Of a stretch of DNA of 64,000 nt, positions 61,771 to 64,000 are shown piece by piece. Within the stretch, counting starts at the first letter, position 1. Each line of letters starts with the position of its first letter. The translations under genes were made by a program, and so were the position numbers. Source of the DNA: Endomicrobiales bacterium (GTDB lineage: Bacteria > Elusimicrobiota > Endomicrobiia > Endomicrobiales > CAWCFT01); assembly GCA_963794945.1 (NCBI GenBank), contig CAWCFT010000004.1:32001-96000 (forward strand), in the 5' to 3' direction. A model generated the notes under the pieces. That model was given only the letters and a program-made list of their open reading frames with translations, did no database searches and was not told the DNA's origin.

Positions 61771-62666
61771 CTATTTCAATCCTAGAAGCTCTTTGAGGCG
61801 GGTAGCATTCTTAGCGGCGGCCCTGGTGGCAGTTATTGAAAAAAACGAATGTTTTTTTGGCCGAAGCATCCATTTTCTTTAGTTCCGGCAGAAAACCTTC
61901 CAGCTCGCTATCAGTGTAAAGATAGTTGTAACGCTCTTCCATTGGAGCGTTGAACCAGTTAGGGTTCCTGCCGTGAAGCCTTAGGTATGCGTTATCAGAG
62001 GTCACTTCGTTAACAAAAGGCATAAGGCGCGGCAACTTCGGCTCATCAACAACGCAGTAGCCGAGGCCGTTTTCCTTAAGGAACCCGAATGTCTCCGGCT
62101 TTGCCCAGGCGCGGTTACGGAACTCTATTATAAGCGGTGTATCCCCGAACCTTTGTTTGCAGTTTGTCAGATACCGATGAGAGCCTGCCGAAGGCTCGAA
62201 AAACACCGGGAACTGCAGGAGCACTCCGCCCAGTTTACCCTTGTCTTTCAATGGCCTTATCGAGTAGCAGAATTTGTCAACATTACCCAGCGCGTCTTTT
62301 TCCGAAGGCCTATTTGCGCCAAGACGGGTGTCGAATGGGTCATGTGTTATACCCCTGTAGCCTTTTACCACGAACTCGAAACCGGGACCGGTTTTCTTCT
62401 CCATACCCGCAAACGACTTATCCGAAACAAGCGCGTAATACGTCGAATTTATCTCAACACAGTCGAACCGCAGTTCACGCTCGTAAAATGCAAGCGCATC
62501 TTTCGGCTGGAGGTTTTTCGGGTAAACCCCGTTAGAAATGCCCGGACCATCAAGCTCAAACAATAGCGGCTGGCATACCTGTGTTTTTAGTATGAACATT
62601 TCTAACGTGGTAAACCGTCCCCCGCCAGTCCGCGAACGAAAATCCGGAGGTTCCTATTTTTATCAT
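61771..62666 (-). pseudogene. DUF72 (YecE-like) protein interrupted by an 88-bp insertion; probable extra frameshift ~61820
   Basis: MIKIGTSGFSFADWRGTVY | PKNL...VEINSTYY...LLQFP...EFRN...RLHGRN...FFNN. Confidence 0.85.
62526..62611. mobile_element. 86-bp element with 15-bp terminal inverted repeats
   Basis: ACCCCGTTAGAAATG...CATTTCTAACGTGGT; GGTAAACC regenerated at both junctions. Confidence 0.85.
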
Positions 62667-62783
62667 TTTTAAATTTCTCTGCAGTTTTTCAATATGATTG
62701 CCGACAATAATAGCTGCCTATATATTATACAATATAAAGCAACGGGCTTTACTTCCGCGTCCAAATCATATAGAATGTGTTAT

Positions 62784-64000
62784 ATGACAAACACCAATCC
62801 CCCAAATTTTTATGGCCTCAATATTGCGCCCGGACTGCTTGATGTAATAAGCAAGCTTGGTTTTACTACACCTACGCCCATTCAGCACAAAGCCATCCCA
62901 ATGGCGATCGAAGGCAAAGATGTAATTGGCATCGCCCAAACAGGAACCGGCAAAACCATAGCGTTCGGCATACCTATGATACAGCGCCTAGCCCAGCTTA
63001 AAGGCAGGGGGCTCGTGCTTGTACCAACAAGAGAACTTGCCATACAGGTAAACGAAACAATAAAACTGTTCGCACCGGCTTTCAACATGGGTACCGCGGT
63101 ACTTATCGGCGGCGAATCCATGATGATGCAGGTCATCGCATTAAGGAAGATCCCCCGTATAATAGTCGCCACCCCGGGCAGGCTCTTGGACCACATAGGC
63201 CAGCACAGAATACGCCTTGACGACGTTAGCGTCCTTGTTCTTGACGAAGCAGACCGCATGCTTGACATGGGTTTCGCGCCCCAGATAGACAGGATATTAA
63301 AACTCATACCAAAAGACCGCCAGACAATGCTTTTCTCGGCCACAATGCCTGAAAAGATAGTGACCATAGCTTCATCTCACATGAAACTTCCCGTTTGCAC
63401 CGAGATCGCCCCCACGGGTACCACCGCGGCAGGCATATCGCAAGAGATATTCGTTGTCAACTCGGAATATAAGGGCAAACTGCTGGGAAAAATCTTGGAA
63501 CAATATACTGGCTCCATACTGATGTTCACCCGCACAAAGAGGGGCGCCTCAAAAGTGACTCGCCTTTTGCGCAGCCTAAACCATCCGGCGGCCGAGATAC
63601 ATGCAAACCGCAGCCTCAACCAGAGAAAAGAAGCACTGGAAGGCTTTAAGTCAGGCAAATACAGGATACTTGTAGCAACTGATATAGCCGCGCGCGGTAT
63701 AGACGTTAAGGGCATAGAGCTCGTCATCAACTACGACCTGCCTGACGACCCGGAGAACTACATTCACCGCATAGGGCGCACGGGAAGAGCAGGCCAGGAA
63801 GGGCACGCTATCTCGCTTGCGACGCCCGACCAGGGAAGCGACGTTCGTACAATCGAAAAGCTAATTCGTACCACAATACCGCTTTCAGCACATCCGTCAG
63901 TTCCAAAAGAGGACTTTGATTACTCCGCCCGTCCGGCAGCTTCAAAAGGGTATCGAGGCGGCGGCGGTTACGGACGCAGCAGCGGACGAAGCGGAGGCAG
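62784..64000 (+). CDS. DEAD-box RNA helicase (runs off window)
   Basis: PTPIQ, AQTGTGKT, PTRELA, LDEADR, SAT, HRIGRTGRAG. Confidence 0.95.
   Translation, partial: MTNTNPPNFYGLNIAPGLLDVISKLGFTTPTPIQHKAIPMAIEGKDVIGIAQTGTGKTIAFGIPMIQRLAQLKGRGLVLVPTRELAIQVNETIKLFAPAFNMGTAVLIGGESMMMQVIALRKIPRIIVATPGRLLDHIGQHRIRLDDVSVLVLDEADRMLDMGFAPQIDRILKLIPKDRQTMLFSATMPEKIVTIASSHMKLPVCTEIAPTGTTAAGISQEIFVVNSEYKGKLLGKILEQYTGSILMFTRTKRGASKVTRLLRSLNHPAAEIHANRSLNQRKEALEGFKSGKYRILVATDIAARGIDVKGIELVINYDLPDDPENYIHRIGRTGRAGQEGHAISLATPDQGSDVRTIEKLIRTTIPLSAHPSVPKEDFDYSARPAASKGYRGGGGYGRSSGRSGG

Overview
Bacterial chromosomal window (diderm, moderate GC; gene content is compatible with an Elusimicrobiota-like lineage, but this is inference). 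About 20 single-base frameshifts, often in homopolymers, suggest long-read assembly errors, so split ORFs were joined. From left to right: (1) a minus-strand cluster of secreted or surface proteins: two chaperone-like paralogs, a tandemly duplicated pilin-like subunit, an FN3-like adhesin, a ~1490-aa triple-repeat protein and a fibre protein. It is interrupted by a ~1.2-kb array of 11+1 covarying hairpins sharing the core CTCCCCGCAGAG and by a decayed MNT-HEPN pair. (2) A MerR-REC regulator and AddAB-like repair genes, with a GIY-YIG gene framed by palindromes and broken by an IS4 element. (3) A Ni/Co ECF transporter, Zn-type SBP/permease, and a TonB-ExbBD-TBDT set; two of these units are headed by CxxC/R(S/G)PP leader ORFs. 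(4) rlmD, a hybrid kinase lacking both phospho-acceptors, an HD-GYP protein, tRNA-Leu(CAA), an ABC exporter and a cyclophilin. (5) A plus-strand signalling operon containing an orphan PilB/GspE ATPase. (6) ogg, ybaB, a lexA-ORF-dinB cassette with a candidate new SOS box, a DUF72 gene interrupted by an 86-bp palindromic element, and a DEAD-box helicase. The best candidates for an undescribed system are the hairpin array (putative antisense structured RNA) and its surrounding surface-fibre locus.
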